Under the pieces are notes generated by a model. The model made no database searches. It was not told the origin of the DNA and saw nothing but the letters and a program-made list of their open reading frames with translations. The translations under genes were made by a program, and so were the position numbers. DNA of 64,000 nt from Haliotis rufescens (Eukaryota): NCBI RefSeq assembly GCF_023055435.1, contig NW_025963802.1:3472001-3536000 (forward strand). Direction: 5' to 3'. Positions 1 to 10,898 of this stretch are shown piece after piece. How positions within the stretch are numbered: position 1 is the first letter of the stretch; each line of letters starts with the position of its first letter.

Positions 1-283
1 CAAAAAAACTGCAATTAAATTTGACATGAACATGCATTCTACATTGAGAGTATGTATCCAAGGCAACATGTATCTCAAGAGAGAACGTGGTTTGGACCAA
101 TTGGCAGTCCTGGGAAGTTTAAAAAACCCAAACCCCATCCTCGATTATCCAGTGCGTTACATTTCCATCATGGTCAATACCCTGGTCCCACTAATCACCA
201 TAGCCTCGTTTAGAAAGTGACCTTGTCTCCCTGGTATTTGGTGAAATTGTAGTTAACACACAATTTCAAACAAAGATGGCTTT

Positions 284-455
284 GAGTGAGTGAGTGAGTG
301 AGTGAGTTGTTTTACGCCGCTTTTAGCAATATTCAAGCAATATTACGGCGGGGGACACCACACATGGGATTCACACGTTGTACCCATGTAGGGAATCGAA
401 CCCGGGTCTTCGGCGTGACGAGCGAACGCTTTAACCACTAGGCTACCCAGCCCCC
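284..455 (-). mobile_element. SINE family B (tRNA-Asp-like head, (ACTC)n tail)
   Basis: The reverse complement has A box TAGCCTAGTGG, CGTCACG loop, B box GGTTCGATTCC and tail ...AATATTGCTAAAAGCGGCGTAAAAC-(ACTC)n. Multiple copies in the window. Confidence 0.85.
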
Positions 456-567
456 ACAGTTCAGTGAAACCCCGTGCGGCGCTAAACAACAAACTCAAAG
501 AACCTTAACCTGAAAACCCCACCTTCGTGGCGACAACTGCCGGGATATTCAAAAGGGCAGGACGCTG

Positions 568-613
<46 letters not shown>
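568..613. repeat. (TAC)n microsatellite
   Basis: About 15 perfect TAC units. Confidence 0.95.
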
Positions 614-614
<1 letters not shown>

Positions 615-1227
615 ATACAGTTCTCAGGAAGCAGTAAGATCCATAACCAAAAATAGAAACCAGTTGTAACCATGCTGGTAAATAAACGTTAGGTCTAGTT
701 AGCTCACCTTGCACTCCTCCAACTGATTCTCCCTGGTAATTGTAAGAAAGAACCCAGGAATTATTGTCGAAACAAAATCTTAGGCTATGAATTGCGAGCT
801 TGGGTGATTTCGTTACACCGTTTAGAGCTGTAACGGCCTCTGTGCTGAACTACCGTTTTATTGCGTCTATATATAGACGCGATTTCCTATAGACAACCCA
901 TACTTTTACAAAGCCGCCGTTATTGTCCTAGCCAGTCGTAGTGTACAGCGTTGTGAGGCTAGGACATTGTAACGTGTGTATATAGGTTTGCTGAACAAAG
1001 TGCTTCTTTCAGTGTTCCAGGGGTAACAGCCAGCGCTGTTATGTTCTGGTAGGAAGGCTCTTTATGTTGTCGCCCATACTTTTGTATTGACTGAAATGAC
1101 CTCTCCTTTTAGGCATAGTCCACACCACTTAATAGAATCACGAAATATCACGATGATTATTTGAAAGAACATAGCTGCATGTGATCTAATTCTTATAAAA
1201 GTTGCATGCAATTCCGGCGACAAGAAT

Positions 1228-1520
1228 TATGACTTAGGTGAACTACTCAAACAACACACTCCAGGCAGATCTACCCGATTTGCAGAACACCTGCTGTATC
1301 AACCAAAGGTCAAGACTCAAGGATATGGGCATCGGACTTTTGCCTTTTCTGCAGCTACGACTAAAACAATCTTCCGCTTGACCTCGGCACCTCTACATCC
1401 TTCACTTCTTTCAGGACCAATCTGAAAACGCACATGTTTCAGAAGGCATATCTTGTCTGAACTGTTTTATCTGGCCGCTGCTTGGAGATTGGAGTAATAC
1501 GTAATATAATATGTACTATG
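1228..1520 (+). mobile_element. L2/CR1-type LINE 3' fragment
   Basis: Decayed translation LLYQPKVKTQGYGHRTFAFSAA../NNLPLDL..STSFTSFRTNLKTHMFQKAY*, typical of an L2/CR1 ORF2 C-terminus. Confidence 0.75.
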
Positions 1521-1645
1521 AACCCCTGATATAACTGGAATACTGTGCAATGCTGCGTTAAACCCGACTCATTCACTCACCCATCCTGGGTAGATGCGAT
1601 GTACACCTTTTTAGTCAGGTGAACTTAAACAAGGCAACAAGAAGA

Positions 1646-2120
1646 CATCTTCCCGAGGCAAGAGAGTTACCTGACTATAAAAGTCCAGTTTCCACCCTTG
1701 CCGACCTAGGCTGGAATTCCTGGGCTGGACCATAGCGCCATCAGTGACTATTACGAGTTATGTCCCTTCTATGCCTCTCCTATGGACCAATCAGATTCCA
1801 CCTTTCGTATCACTTGCATTTGCTTTAAACAAAATGGCGGCGCCCAGTCAAGACGATGGGATCGATAATCAAGATCTATATTGTGATAAAACGGATCTTA
1901 CATCACGAACTGCATCAAATCACGTGAGCACCATGATTAAAAACATGAAAAAAATTGGAAAATATCCGTTGACGCCGAGTTGGCGGTGCACATGCTTTGC
2001 AAATCCTGACCGAACTCTGCATAACAGTTTACGAACAGGATTTCAATTTCATTGTGCGAATTTGATTGGACTATACAAGACTCGTTAGTCCAGCCAAAAT
2101 CTAACTCCATAATACCAGCC
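1646..2120 (+). mobile_element. MITE family M, copy 1 (right TIR truncated near the gap)
   Basis: Starts CATCTTCCCGAGGCAAGAGAG...AAAAGTCCAGTTTCCACCCTTGCCGACCTAGGCTGG. The body aligns with 54158-54659. Confidence 0.85.
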
Positions 2121-2638
2121 TTGCTAACGACAACAATATATNNNNNNNNNNNNNNNNNNNNNNNNNNNNNNNNNNNNNNNNNNNNNNNNNNNNNNNNNNN
2201 NNNNNNNNNNNNNNNNNNNNNNNNNNNNNNNNNNNNNNNNNNNNNNNNNNNNNNNNNNNNNNNNNNNNNNNNNNNNNNNNNNNNNNNNNNNNNNNNNNNN
2301 NNNNNNNNNNNNNNNNNNNNNNNNNNNATTGGTAGATTTACGTAAATTATTGTAACTGGAATGTCAATACCATGCCCCGGCCCTGTTTGAGTCACAAGAA
2401 CTGCAGTCGGATCCATTAGCTGTCGTAGATCTTCCCAAACCAAGAGATGCAGAAACGAAGACCAAAGTAACGCTAGTTCTGAAAGATGGTCAGCTGCTTT
2501 AATGTATCTAAACAGAGCGGCAAATAACAATGTTCAATTCCTTTAAGAAAAAGAAAAAATTATCATTCCGAAAACAAATCTTATCAATACGAAATTGAAA
2601 AAATCTCACTAGATTTTATGCACCTTACGTGTCTGAAA

Positions 2639-2920
2639 GAGTGAGTGATTGGGTGAGTGAGTTGGATTTAATCTCGCTTTTAACATTATTCCAGTTATAT
2701 CACGGCGTATCAGCTTAATGTGGGAGTAAAGCCCGAAGTGATGCAGGTCTAAGACGTTTACCACTTCGGTGAAACCCACGAGCTCGGGTATGGTGCTGAC
2801 AAACCTAGAAACATAATCGGGCCGAACCGGGATTCGAATCCAAAATCATAGGTTTCTGGAATGTTCAAGGGACGCAACTCTACACAGCCAATTGCGGCGC
2901 CTTAGACGACCTGGGCGACG
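2639..2920 (-). mobile_element. SINE family A (tRNA-Leu/Ser-like head with long variable region, (ACTC)n tail)
   Basis: Matches the copies at 16390, 24727, 35747 and 50890. Head GTCGTCTAAGGCGCC...TTCGAATCCC. Confidence 0.85.
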
Positions 2921-3051
2921 GCGGCCACATAATACAGCCGGTGTCTGTCTCTCTCTTTATCTCCGTCCCCCCCCCCCCCCCCCCCCCCCCCCCCTCTCTC
3001 TCTCTCTCTCTTTCTCCCCCCCTCTCTCTCTCTTCTCTCTCTGTGTGTCTG

Positions 3052-3904
3052 TCTCTCTACGTACGTAGTTAATACAGTACCTCGGTATCATTAGCAAATT
3101 GGTCATTCCCGAGCTCTAACTTGTTCAAAGTTTGACAATTCTGTCTCCCTAACACAACTAATCAGTTAAGTGTTCAGTATATTGCAGACGAGGGTTGCCT
3201 GCTGACTCCAGCAAACAGATGACGTCGTTCCGCACGTACACGTTCGCTTGGTCGACTTTCAAGGTTAACGTCTTAACGATTGGAGAAAGCACACACGATC
3301 AATTCAACATAGCTAATTTAGGTGCTGTTTTTTTCTGAATCTTGAAAACTCAGCAGATAATAGGTAAATTATTCATTGCAATTATTTGAACCTGGAGAGG
3401 TCCTTGCATGACACGGCTAAATAACACCGATCCAGATTCTAATTTTCAATTTCACGTCTGAACGCTACCGTTTCTGTTCCCACAATGAAGCCTAAATTTC
3501 AACTCATTTGCATATTGAGAGGGCCCAATTGGAACATTAATTTTCACGGTGTCAAGATCATAGTGATCATATATTCATTTCCCTCCTGTATCCGTTGTTG
3601 TAGTCCCTATATCTAATTCCAAGGGTGGCACTTGTACACTTATGGTGTACTCTGTATTTTACATTGTTGTACAGAAGGACAGAAGGTGAGACCTTAATAA
3701 GTCTCTCTCTCTCTCTGTCTCTGTCTCTCTCTTCGCTTTGTCACTCTCTCTCTCACCCTCTCTCTCTTTCTCTGTCTGTCTCTCTACGTACATAGTTAAT
3801 ACCTCGGTATCATTTGCAAATTGGTCATTCCCGAGCTCTAACTTGTTCAAAGGTTGACAATTCTGTCTCCACAACACAACAACAGTCATGTGTTCAGTGT
3901 ATTG
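3052..3904 (+). repeat. Composite repeat: about 130 bp direct repeats (3052-3184, 3780-3904) around an interspersed element of about 530 bp with a (CT)n end
   Basis: Both flanks read CTCTCTACGTAC..CCTCGGTATCATT.GCAAATTGGTCATTCCCGAGCTCTAACTTGTTCAAAG. The inner part recurs inverted at 13382-13927. Confidence 0.8.
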
Positions 3905-4451
3905 ATGCTGTCCTTTTGTATTGAGAGATGTTCATGGAAGCTTGGAATGTTTTGTGAGATTTTACGTACCCTTCAGATGGACGATATTGGAATTATTCAG
4001 ATGAGTTAGTGAGTTAGTTTTTTTGGCCAGGCTGGACAGCAGAGTCAGCCTATTTAGTTTGCTGTTTGTAAATATCTACCGCATACGAGCACAGACATGG
4101 TACTGACAGACCACGGTTCAGGGCGAAGCTTGGATTCGGACCCACGACCAAGGGGCGTTCCCTATCAACTGGTCTTTATTTATCATCCCGTACGACCACT
4201 CTTTGTGGCTGACTTTACCATTCATGGTCTGTACCTGTATTTCATAAACAGTTTCATTTAACTTGAACCTTTTTCGCCAACATAGGGTGTCGGGTGTACG
4301 AAAAGTCATGTTAAGTCTATCCCTGCTCATATGTCAGAACATATAATGTTTCTTCACAAGGTCTATATATGTTTTCAGTTGGAAGAGACCTTTGACTGAA
4401 GCTTTGCAATGTTCTCTACAGTCTCTCGATTTGCTGGGATCGGGAGTCTAC

Positions 4452-4516
4452 GTGCTAGGAGACAGCAAACTAATTCAATTTCCTGCTTGATGAGTTAGTT
4501 TGCTGTCTCCTAGCGC
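4452..4516. other. 26-bp inverted repeat (hairpin), 13-nt loop
   Basis: GTGCTAGGAGACAGCAAACTAATTCA / TGAGTTAGTTTGCTGTCTCCTAGCGC. 24/26 Watson-Crick pairs; the other two are G-T. Confidence 0.9.
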
Positions 4517-4532
4517 CTGTGGCGGTACGCAT

Positions 4533-7500
4533 CGTCTGTCTCTGTGGTAGACATTGTCCGTCCCTGTGGTAGACATTGACCGTCTTTGGAAGTATACATT
4601 GTCCGTCTCTGTGGTAGACATTGTCCGTCTCTGGAGGTATAAATTGTCCATCTCTGGAGGTATACATTGTCCGTCTCTGGAGGTATATATTGTCCGTCTC
4701 TGTGGTAGACATTGTCCGTCTCTGGAGGTAGACATTGTCCGTCTCTGGAGGTATACATTGTCCGTCTCTGGAGGTATACATTGTCCATCTCCGTGGTATA
4801 CATTGTCCGTCTCTGGAGGTATACATTGTCCGTCTCTGGAGGTATTCATTGTCCGTCTCTGGAGGTATACATTGTCCATCTCTGGAGGTATACATTGTCC
4901 GTCTCTGGAGGTATATATTGTCCATCTCTGGAGGTATACATTGTCCGTCTCTGGAGGTATACATTGTCCGTCCCTGGAGGTATACATTGTCCGTCCCTGG
5001 AGGTATACATTGTCCGTCTCTGGAGGTATACATTGTCCATCTCTGGAGGTATACATTGTCCATCTCTGGAGGTATACATTGTCCATCTCTGGAGGTATAC
5101 ATTGTCCATCTCTGGAGGTATACATTGTCCGTCTGTAGGGGTATACATTGTCCATCTCTGGAGGTAGACATTGTCCCTTTCTGGAGGTATACATTGTCCG
5201 TCTCTGTGGTAGACATTGTCCGTCTCTGTGGTAGACATTGTCCGTCTCTGGAGGTATACATTGTCCGTCTCTGTGGTAGACATTGTCTGTCTCTGTGGTA
5301 GACATTGTCCGTCTCTGGAGGTATACATTTTCCATCTCTGGAGGTATACATTGTCCGTCTGTAGGGGTATACATTGTCCGTCTATGTGGTAGACATTGTC
5401 CCTTTCTGGAGGTATACATTGTCCGTCTCTGGGGGTATACATTGTCCGTCTCTGTGGTAGACATTGTCCGTCTCTGGGGGTATACATTGTCGGTCTCTGT
5501 GGTAGACATTGTCCGTCTCTGTGGTAGACTTTGTCCGTCTCTGTGGTAGACATTGTCCGTCTCTGTGGTAGACATTGTCCGTCTCTGTGGTAGACATTGT
5601 CCGTCTCTGGAGGTAGACATTGTCCGTCTCTGTGGTAGACATTGTCCGTCTCTGGAGGTATACATTGTCCATCTCTGGAGGTATACATTGTCCGTCTGTA
5701 GGGGTATACATTGTCGGTCTCTGTGGTAGACATTGTCCGTCTCTGTGGTAGACATTGTCCGTCTCTGTGGTACACATTGTCCGTCTCTGTGGTAGACTTT
5801 GTCCGTCTCTGTGGTAGACATTGTCCGTCTCTGTGGTAGACATTGTCCGTCTCTGGAGGTATACATTGTCCGTCTCTGGGGGTATACATTGTCCGTCTCT
5901 GGAGGTATACATTGTCCATCTCTGGAGGTATACATTGTCCGTCTGTAGGGGTATACATTGTCCATCTCTGGAGGTAGACATTGCCCGTCTCTGGAGGTAT
6001 ACATTGTCCGTCTCTTGGGGTATACACTGTCCGTCTCTGTGGTAGACATTGCCCGTCTCTTGGGTAGACATTGTCCATCTCTGGGGGTAAACATTGTCCG
6101 TCTCTGAGGTAGACATTGTCCGTCTCTGGGGGTATACATTGTCCGTCTCTGTCGTAGACATTGTCCGTCTCTGGAGGTATACATTGTCCGTCTCTGGAGG
6201 TATACATTGTCCGTCTCCGTGGTATGCATTGTCCGTCTCTGGGGGTATACATTGTCCGTCTCTGTGGTAGACATTGCCCATCTCTGGGGGTATACATTGT
6301 CCGTCTCTGGGGGTATACATTGTCCGTCTCTGGGGGTATACATTGTCCGTCTCTGTGGTAGACATTGCCCGTCTCTGGAGGTATACATTGTCCGTCTCTT
6401 GGGGTATACACTGTCCGTCTCTGTGGTAGACATTGCCCGTCTCTTGGGTAGACATTGTCCATCTCTGGGGGTAAACATTGTCCGTCTCTGTGGTAGACAT
6501 TGTCCGTCTCTGGGGGTATACATTGTCCGTCTCTGTGGTAGACATTGTCCGTCTCTGTGGTAGACATTGACCGTCTTTGGAAGTATACATTGTCCGTCTC
6601 TGTTGTAGACATTGTCCGTCTCTGTGGTAGACATTGACCGTCTTTGGAAGTATACATTGTCCGTCTCTGTTGTAGACATTGTCCGTCTCTGTGGTATACA
6701 TTGTCCATCTCTGGAGGTATACATTGTCCGTCTCTGTGGTATACATTGTCCGTCTCTGGAGGTATACATTGTCCGTCTCTGGAGGTATACATTGTCCATC
6801 TCTGGAGGTATACATTGTCCATCTCTGGAGGTATACATTGTCCGTCTCTGGAGGTATACATTGTCCATCTTTGGAGGTATTCATTGTCCGTCCCTGGAGG
6901 TATACATTGTCCGTCTCTGGAGGTATATATTGTCCATCTCTGGAGGTATACATTGTCCGTCTCTGGAGGTATACATTGTCCATCTTTGGAGGTATTCATT
7001 GTCCGTCCCTGGAGGTATACATTGTCCATCTCTGGAGGTATACATTGTCCGTCTCTGGAGGTATATATTGTCCATCTCTGGAGGTATACATTGTCCGTCT
7101 CTGGAGGTATACATTGTCCATCTCTGGAGGTATACATTGTCCATCTCGTGAGGGATACATTGTCCGTCTGTAGGGGTATACATTGTCCCTCTCTGTGGTA
7201 GACATTGTCCATCTCTGGAGGTATACATTGTCCGTCTGTAGGGGTAAACATTGTCCGTCTCTGTGGTAGACATTGTCCGTCTCTGTGGTAGACATTGTCC
7301 GTCTCTGGAGGTATACATTGTCCGTCTCTGTGGTAGACATTGTCCGTCTCTGTGGTAGACATTGTCCGTCTCTGGAGGTATACATTGTCCATCTCTGGAG
7401 GTATACATTGTCCGTCTGTAGGGGTATACATTGTCCGTCTATGTGGTAGACATTGTCCCTTTCTGGAGGTATACATTGTCCGTCTCTGGGGGTATACATT

Positions 7501-8320
7501 GTCCGTCTCTGTGGTAGACATTGTCCGTCTCTGGGGGTATACATTGTCGGTCTCTGTGGTAGACATTGTCCGTCTCTGTGGTAGACATTGTCCGTCTCTG
7601 TGGTAGACATTGTCCGTCTCTGTGGTACACATTGTCCGTCTCTGTGGTAGACTTTGTCCGTCTCTGTGGTAGACATTGTCCGTCTCTGTGGTAGACATTG
7701 TCCGTCTCTGTGGTACACATTGTCCGTCTCTGTGGTAGACTTTGTCCGTCTCTGTGGTAGACATTGTCCGTCTCTGTGGTAGACATTGTCCGTCTCTGGA
7801 GGTATACATTGTCCGTCTCTGGGGGTATACATTGTCCGTCTGTAGGGGTATACATTGTCCGTCTCTGTGGTAGACATTGTCCGTCTCTGGAGGTATACAT
7901 TGTCAATCTCTGGAGGTATACATTGTCCGTCTGTAGGGGTATACATTGTCCGTCTATGTGGTAGACATTGTCCCTCTCTGGAGGTATACATTGTCCGTCT
8001 CTGGGGGTATACATTGTCCGTCTCTGTGGTAGACATTGTCCGTCTCTGGGGGTATACATTGTCGGTCTCTGTGGTAGACATTGTCCGTCTCTGTGGTAGA
8101 CATTGTCCGTCTCTGTGGTAGACATTGTCCGTCTCTGTGGTACACATTGTCCGTCTCTGTGGTAGACTTTGTCCGTCTCTGTGGTAGACATTGTCTGTCT
8201 CTGTGGTAAACATTGTCCGTCTCTGAAGGTAAACAATGTCCGTCTCTGAAGGTAAACATTGTCCATCTCTGGAGGTAGACCTTTCTCACCACTGGGATAA
8301 ACACCGTCCGTCACTGGGAT
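4533..8320. repeat. 3.8 kb minisatellite of 22/23-bp units
   Basis: Units CATTGTCCGTCTCTGGAGGTATA (23 bp) and CATTGTCCGTCTCTGTGGTAGA (22 bp), with recurring variants. Confidence 0.97.
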
Positions 8321-8399
8321 ATCCACGTCCAGACCTAAGATGTATGATAAAAAAAAAACTCATTCAAGAACATTTGATTTTAGATATTAATGAGTCAAA

Positions 8400-8405
8400 T
8401 TTATT
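8400..8405 (-). promoter_or_regulatory. Candidate polyadenylation signal of the GPCR
   Basis: AATAAA on the minus strand about 80 nt after the stop codon, followed by a T-rich tract (complement of the A run at about 8349-8358). Confidence 0.45.
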
Positions 8406-8482
8406 CTTTAAATAACAATATCAGTACATTAACATCACGAAAACATATTTCGAACTGGTTAGTCAAATAAAACGCATTGCCA

Positions 8483-9276
8483 CTATATGGCAGTCCCATT
8501 ACACCCATTGACTGGGTTTAAAGGTATCATGCACGTGTTCTTTCCCGTTCTTCTGGTGGAGGCAGCAGATTCTCTCACATACATACTATCCTTACAGTTT
8601 GGAACGCAGCGCCTGAACGCAACTCTAAATTTAGAGGATAATAACCCATATATGATAGGGTTGCCAGCGCTGTTAACATACATCATGATCCTCGCAAAAG
8701 ACAGTATATTCTGATAAGTTTCAAAGCCCATGTCCTGTAGGACGTTTGGAGGCACAAATATCACAAGGATGATCACGAGTCGCATCGGCAACAAACATAG
8801 AAAAAACAAGGCCATAATGGCGATAAGCATGTTGACGACTTGTTTCCGAGAGTTGATGGTTTTGCTGTTGGTGTAGTCTCCGGGGTAGTTGTCTGCCGTC
8901 AGGTGGCAAAGCTTGCAGATGATGCCGGCGTACATGAAGACCAGCATGCACAACGGAAGCGCAAACAGGAACACAAACACGAACAGGATGTACGTTCTCT
9001 GCCACACGCCGGACGTCATGGTGCGACACACTTGGACCGTCGAGCCGTCCACGTTGAAGGTCGCGTCCTCGATGAAGGTGATGAAGACGAAGGGCAGGGA
9101 CATGACGTAGGAGACGAGCCAAATGACGGTGATGACGATGCAGGCGCTCGCCAGGTGGCACCCTCTGTGCTCCTTCAGGGGGTGACAGATGGCGAGGTAG
9201 CGTTCGAAGCCGATGGTGAGGAGGGTGAGGCCGGAGGAGTGGAGGGAGGCGTGTTCCAGAAAGGGGACGATCTTGC
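8483..9276 (-). CDS. Exon 2 of the same GPCR: TM3-TM7 and C-tail
   Basis: Acceptor ttgttctgttccAG|GC at 9277/9276 completes the Cys codon (phase 1) and is in frame with ORF 8483..9103. Translation: KIVPFLEHASLHSSGLTLLTIGFERYLAICHPLK...RKQVVNMLIAIMALFFLCLLPMR...ARIMMYVNSAGNPIIYGLLSSKFRVAF. It has ERY, a CLLP variant of CWxP, NPxxY and helix 8. Confidence 0.93.
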
Positions 9277-9308
9277 CTGGAACAGAACAAGAAACATTTA
9301 CACGTCAG

Positions 9309-9762
9309 TGTTTGCTTGTTTGTTTTTTAACGCCGCACTCAGCAATATTGCAGCTTTCTGACGGCGGCCTATAAATAATCGAATACAGATCAGACAAAGC
9401 AGTGGTTGATGTTTTGAGCAACTACCCACGTCATTACTTGTTTGATAGGCATTACTTAGAAGATGACGGGTGACAAGGTAGACACAATTTTATGGATAAC
9501 AACTTCTTTAATACTGTAAAAAGCAACGTTTCGGCTTTGATCCTTGTACCGTTGTCAGGACTGTAAGTAATGCCTATGAAACAAGTTATCCGTCGTTTAC
9601 ATGGAGACGTGGCAATCAACACCATCAACAGTCCTGCTTGACAACGGTATTAGGATCCATACCGAAACGTCGCTTGTGTCTACCTTGTAACCCACGTCAT
9701 TAGTTGAATCACTGAGCCTGACCAAAAGATCCACTTTGTCGCGTCTTACGACCAGCATTGGG
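9309..9762 (-). mobile_element. SINE-like family C copy, interrupted by an insertion
   Basis: Tail GCAATATTGCTGAGTGCGGCGTTAAAAAACAAAC at 9309-9350 and GTCGTAAGACGCGAC motif at about 9738-9752, both on the reverse strand. Confidence 0.75.
9437..9689. mobile_element. Penelope-like mini-element with two oppositely oriented hammerhead-like cores
   Basis: Flanked by the 13-bp direct repeat ACCCACGTCATTA (9424-9436, 9690-9702). Minus strand: CTGACAA-C-GG..CC-GAAAC-GTT (about 9526-9558). Plus strand: TTGACAA-C-GGTAT..ATACC-GAAAC-GTC (9638-9671). Confidence 0.6.
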
Positions 9763-9820
9763 TGAGTGAGTGAGTGAGTGGGTGAGTGAGTGAGTGAGTG
9801 AGGGAATGAGTGAGTGAGTG
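9762..9820. repeat. (GAGT)n microsatellite
   Basis: Direct reading. Confidence 0.9.
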
Positions 9821-10007
9821 TTACACATGAGTCAGCAATATATAAGCTGAAGGCATGACATTTTCATGATAACAACGTCTCTATTGATTTTAAACGTCAC
9901 TTTCTTGTGACAAGGCGAATACTGAGGAAGGGGCAAGAAGATTCAATGAAACATTACAAAACATTAAAAAGATCTTATCATTAAAATGCGTTTCCTTGGT
10001 GTTCATT

Positions 10008-10133
10008 CGGCAATATTCCCGCAATATCACTGCGGTGGACACCAGAAATGGGCTTCACACATCGTACCCATGTGTGGATCGAACCCGGGCCTTCGTCGTG
10101 ACGAGCGAACGCTTTAACCACTAGGCCACACCC
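10008..10133 (-). mobile_element. SINE family B
   Basis: Aligns with 284-455. Confidence 0.8.
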
Positions 10134-10246
10134 GAGTTGAATGTAGACGAACCATATGGTTGTCTGGATATCAGCGTCATCCAATGGCGTCTATACTTAG
10201 TTTGACAAAATCAACCATTTGTTGGTCTGGTCTTGGTTCGACTATC

Positions 10247-10534
10247 CCCGGCCGCGTCATACTAAAAGACGTTAAAAGATGGTACTTGTTGTTACCCTGT
10301 CTGGCGCTCGACATTAAGGGGCTAAAACAAGGACTGGATGGCTCGGAGTCAGTATACTGTGTCTGAGTGGGGTATTCATGTTAACTGCGGCATTGTATCT
10401 CAGTGAGCTAGCACTATAAATCGGCATCAGTCCGGACTAGTACAAGCAGCCACACACACACACGTACATGCACGTCGCTATATAAGTGCAATAATCTTGG
10501 ACGCAACGTTAAACCACATTTCACCTCACCTCAC
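10247..10534 (+). mobile_element. SINE family D, 5'-truncated, 15-bp TSD
   Basis: Body GGCCGCGTCATACTAAAAGACGTTAAAAGATGGTACTTGTTGTTACCCTGTCTGGCGCTCG. TSD CTTGGTTCGACTATC at 10232-10246 and 10535-10549. (TCACC)n tail. Confidence 0.85.
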
Positions 10535-10769
10535 CTTGGTTCGACTATCTAATATAATTAGTATAACATGACCTTGGGTGAAATCTAAACAATTAATGCA
10601 GCGTGGATAATTTTGAACAGTTCAGCAGGTTTACTTTAGGAACTAATTAATTATATTTACATCAGTGATTAGAAAGTATAGACAGATAATTAAAACAAGC
10701 ATTGTTGGTTAACATCAGATTCCGTGGTCAACCGCATATTGTGTGATCCATAGTTGTTCGTTCCAAGGT

Positions 10770-10898
10770 AGGAGGTGTAGCCTACTGGTTCAAGTGTTCG
10801 CACGTTCGATTCCCCACATGGGATCATGTGTTTACCTTTGTCTCTGCAGTAATATAGTTGTAATATCGCATAAAAACGGCGTAAAACTAAACTCACTC
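10770..10898 (+). mobile_element. Degenerate SINE family B
   Basis: GTAGCCTACTGGTTCAAG...GTTCGATTCCCCACATGGG...AAAACGGCGTAAAACTAAACTCACTC. Confidence 0.65.

Noticed and set aside
1528-1582. SINE-type tail just after the L2 fragment, suggesting L2 is the partner LINE
   Set aside because: The L2 piece appears to end in its own AT-rich terminus near 1520. The tail looks like a separate truncated SINE, and one instance is not enough.
4470-8326. Long ORFs (987, 797, 533 and 405 aa and others)
   Set aside because: Translations of a 22/23-bp minisatellite, open in several frames on both strands, with no domain content.
8721-9361. Overlapping 189-aa and antisense 173-aa ORFs
   Set aside because: Shadows of the GC3-rich GPCR exon.
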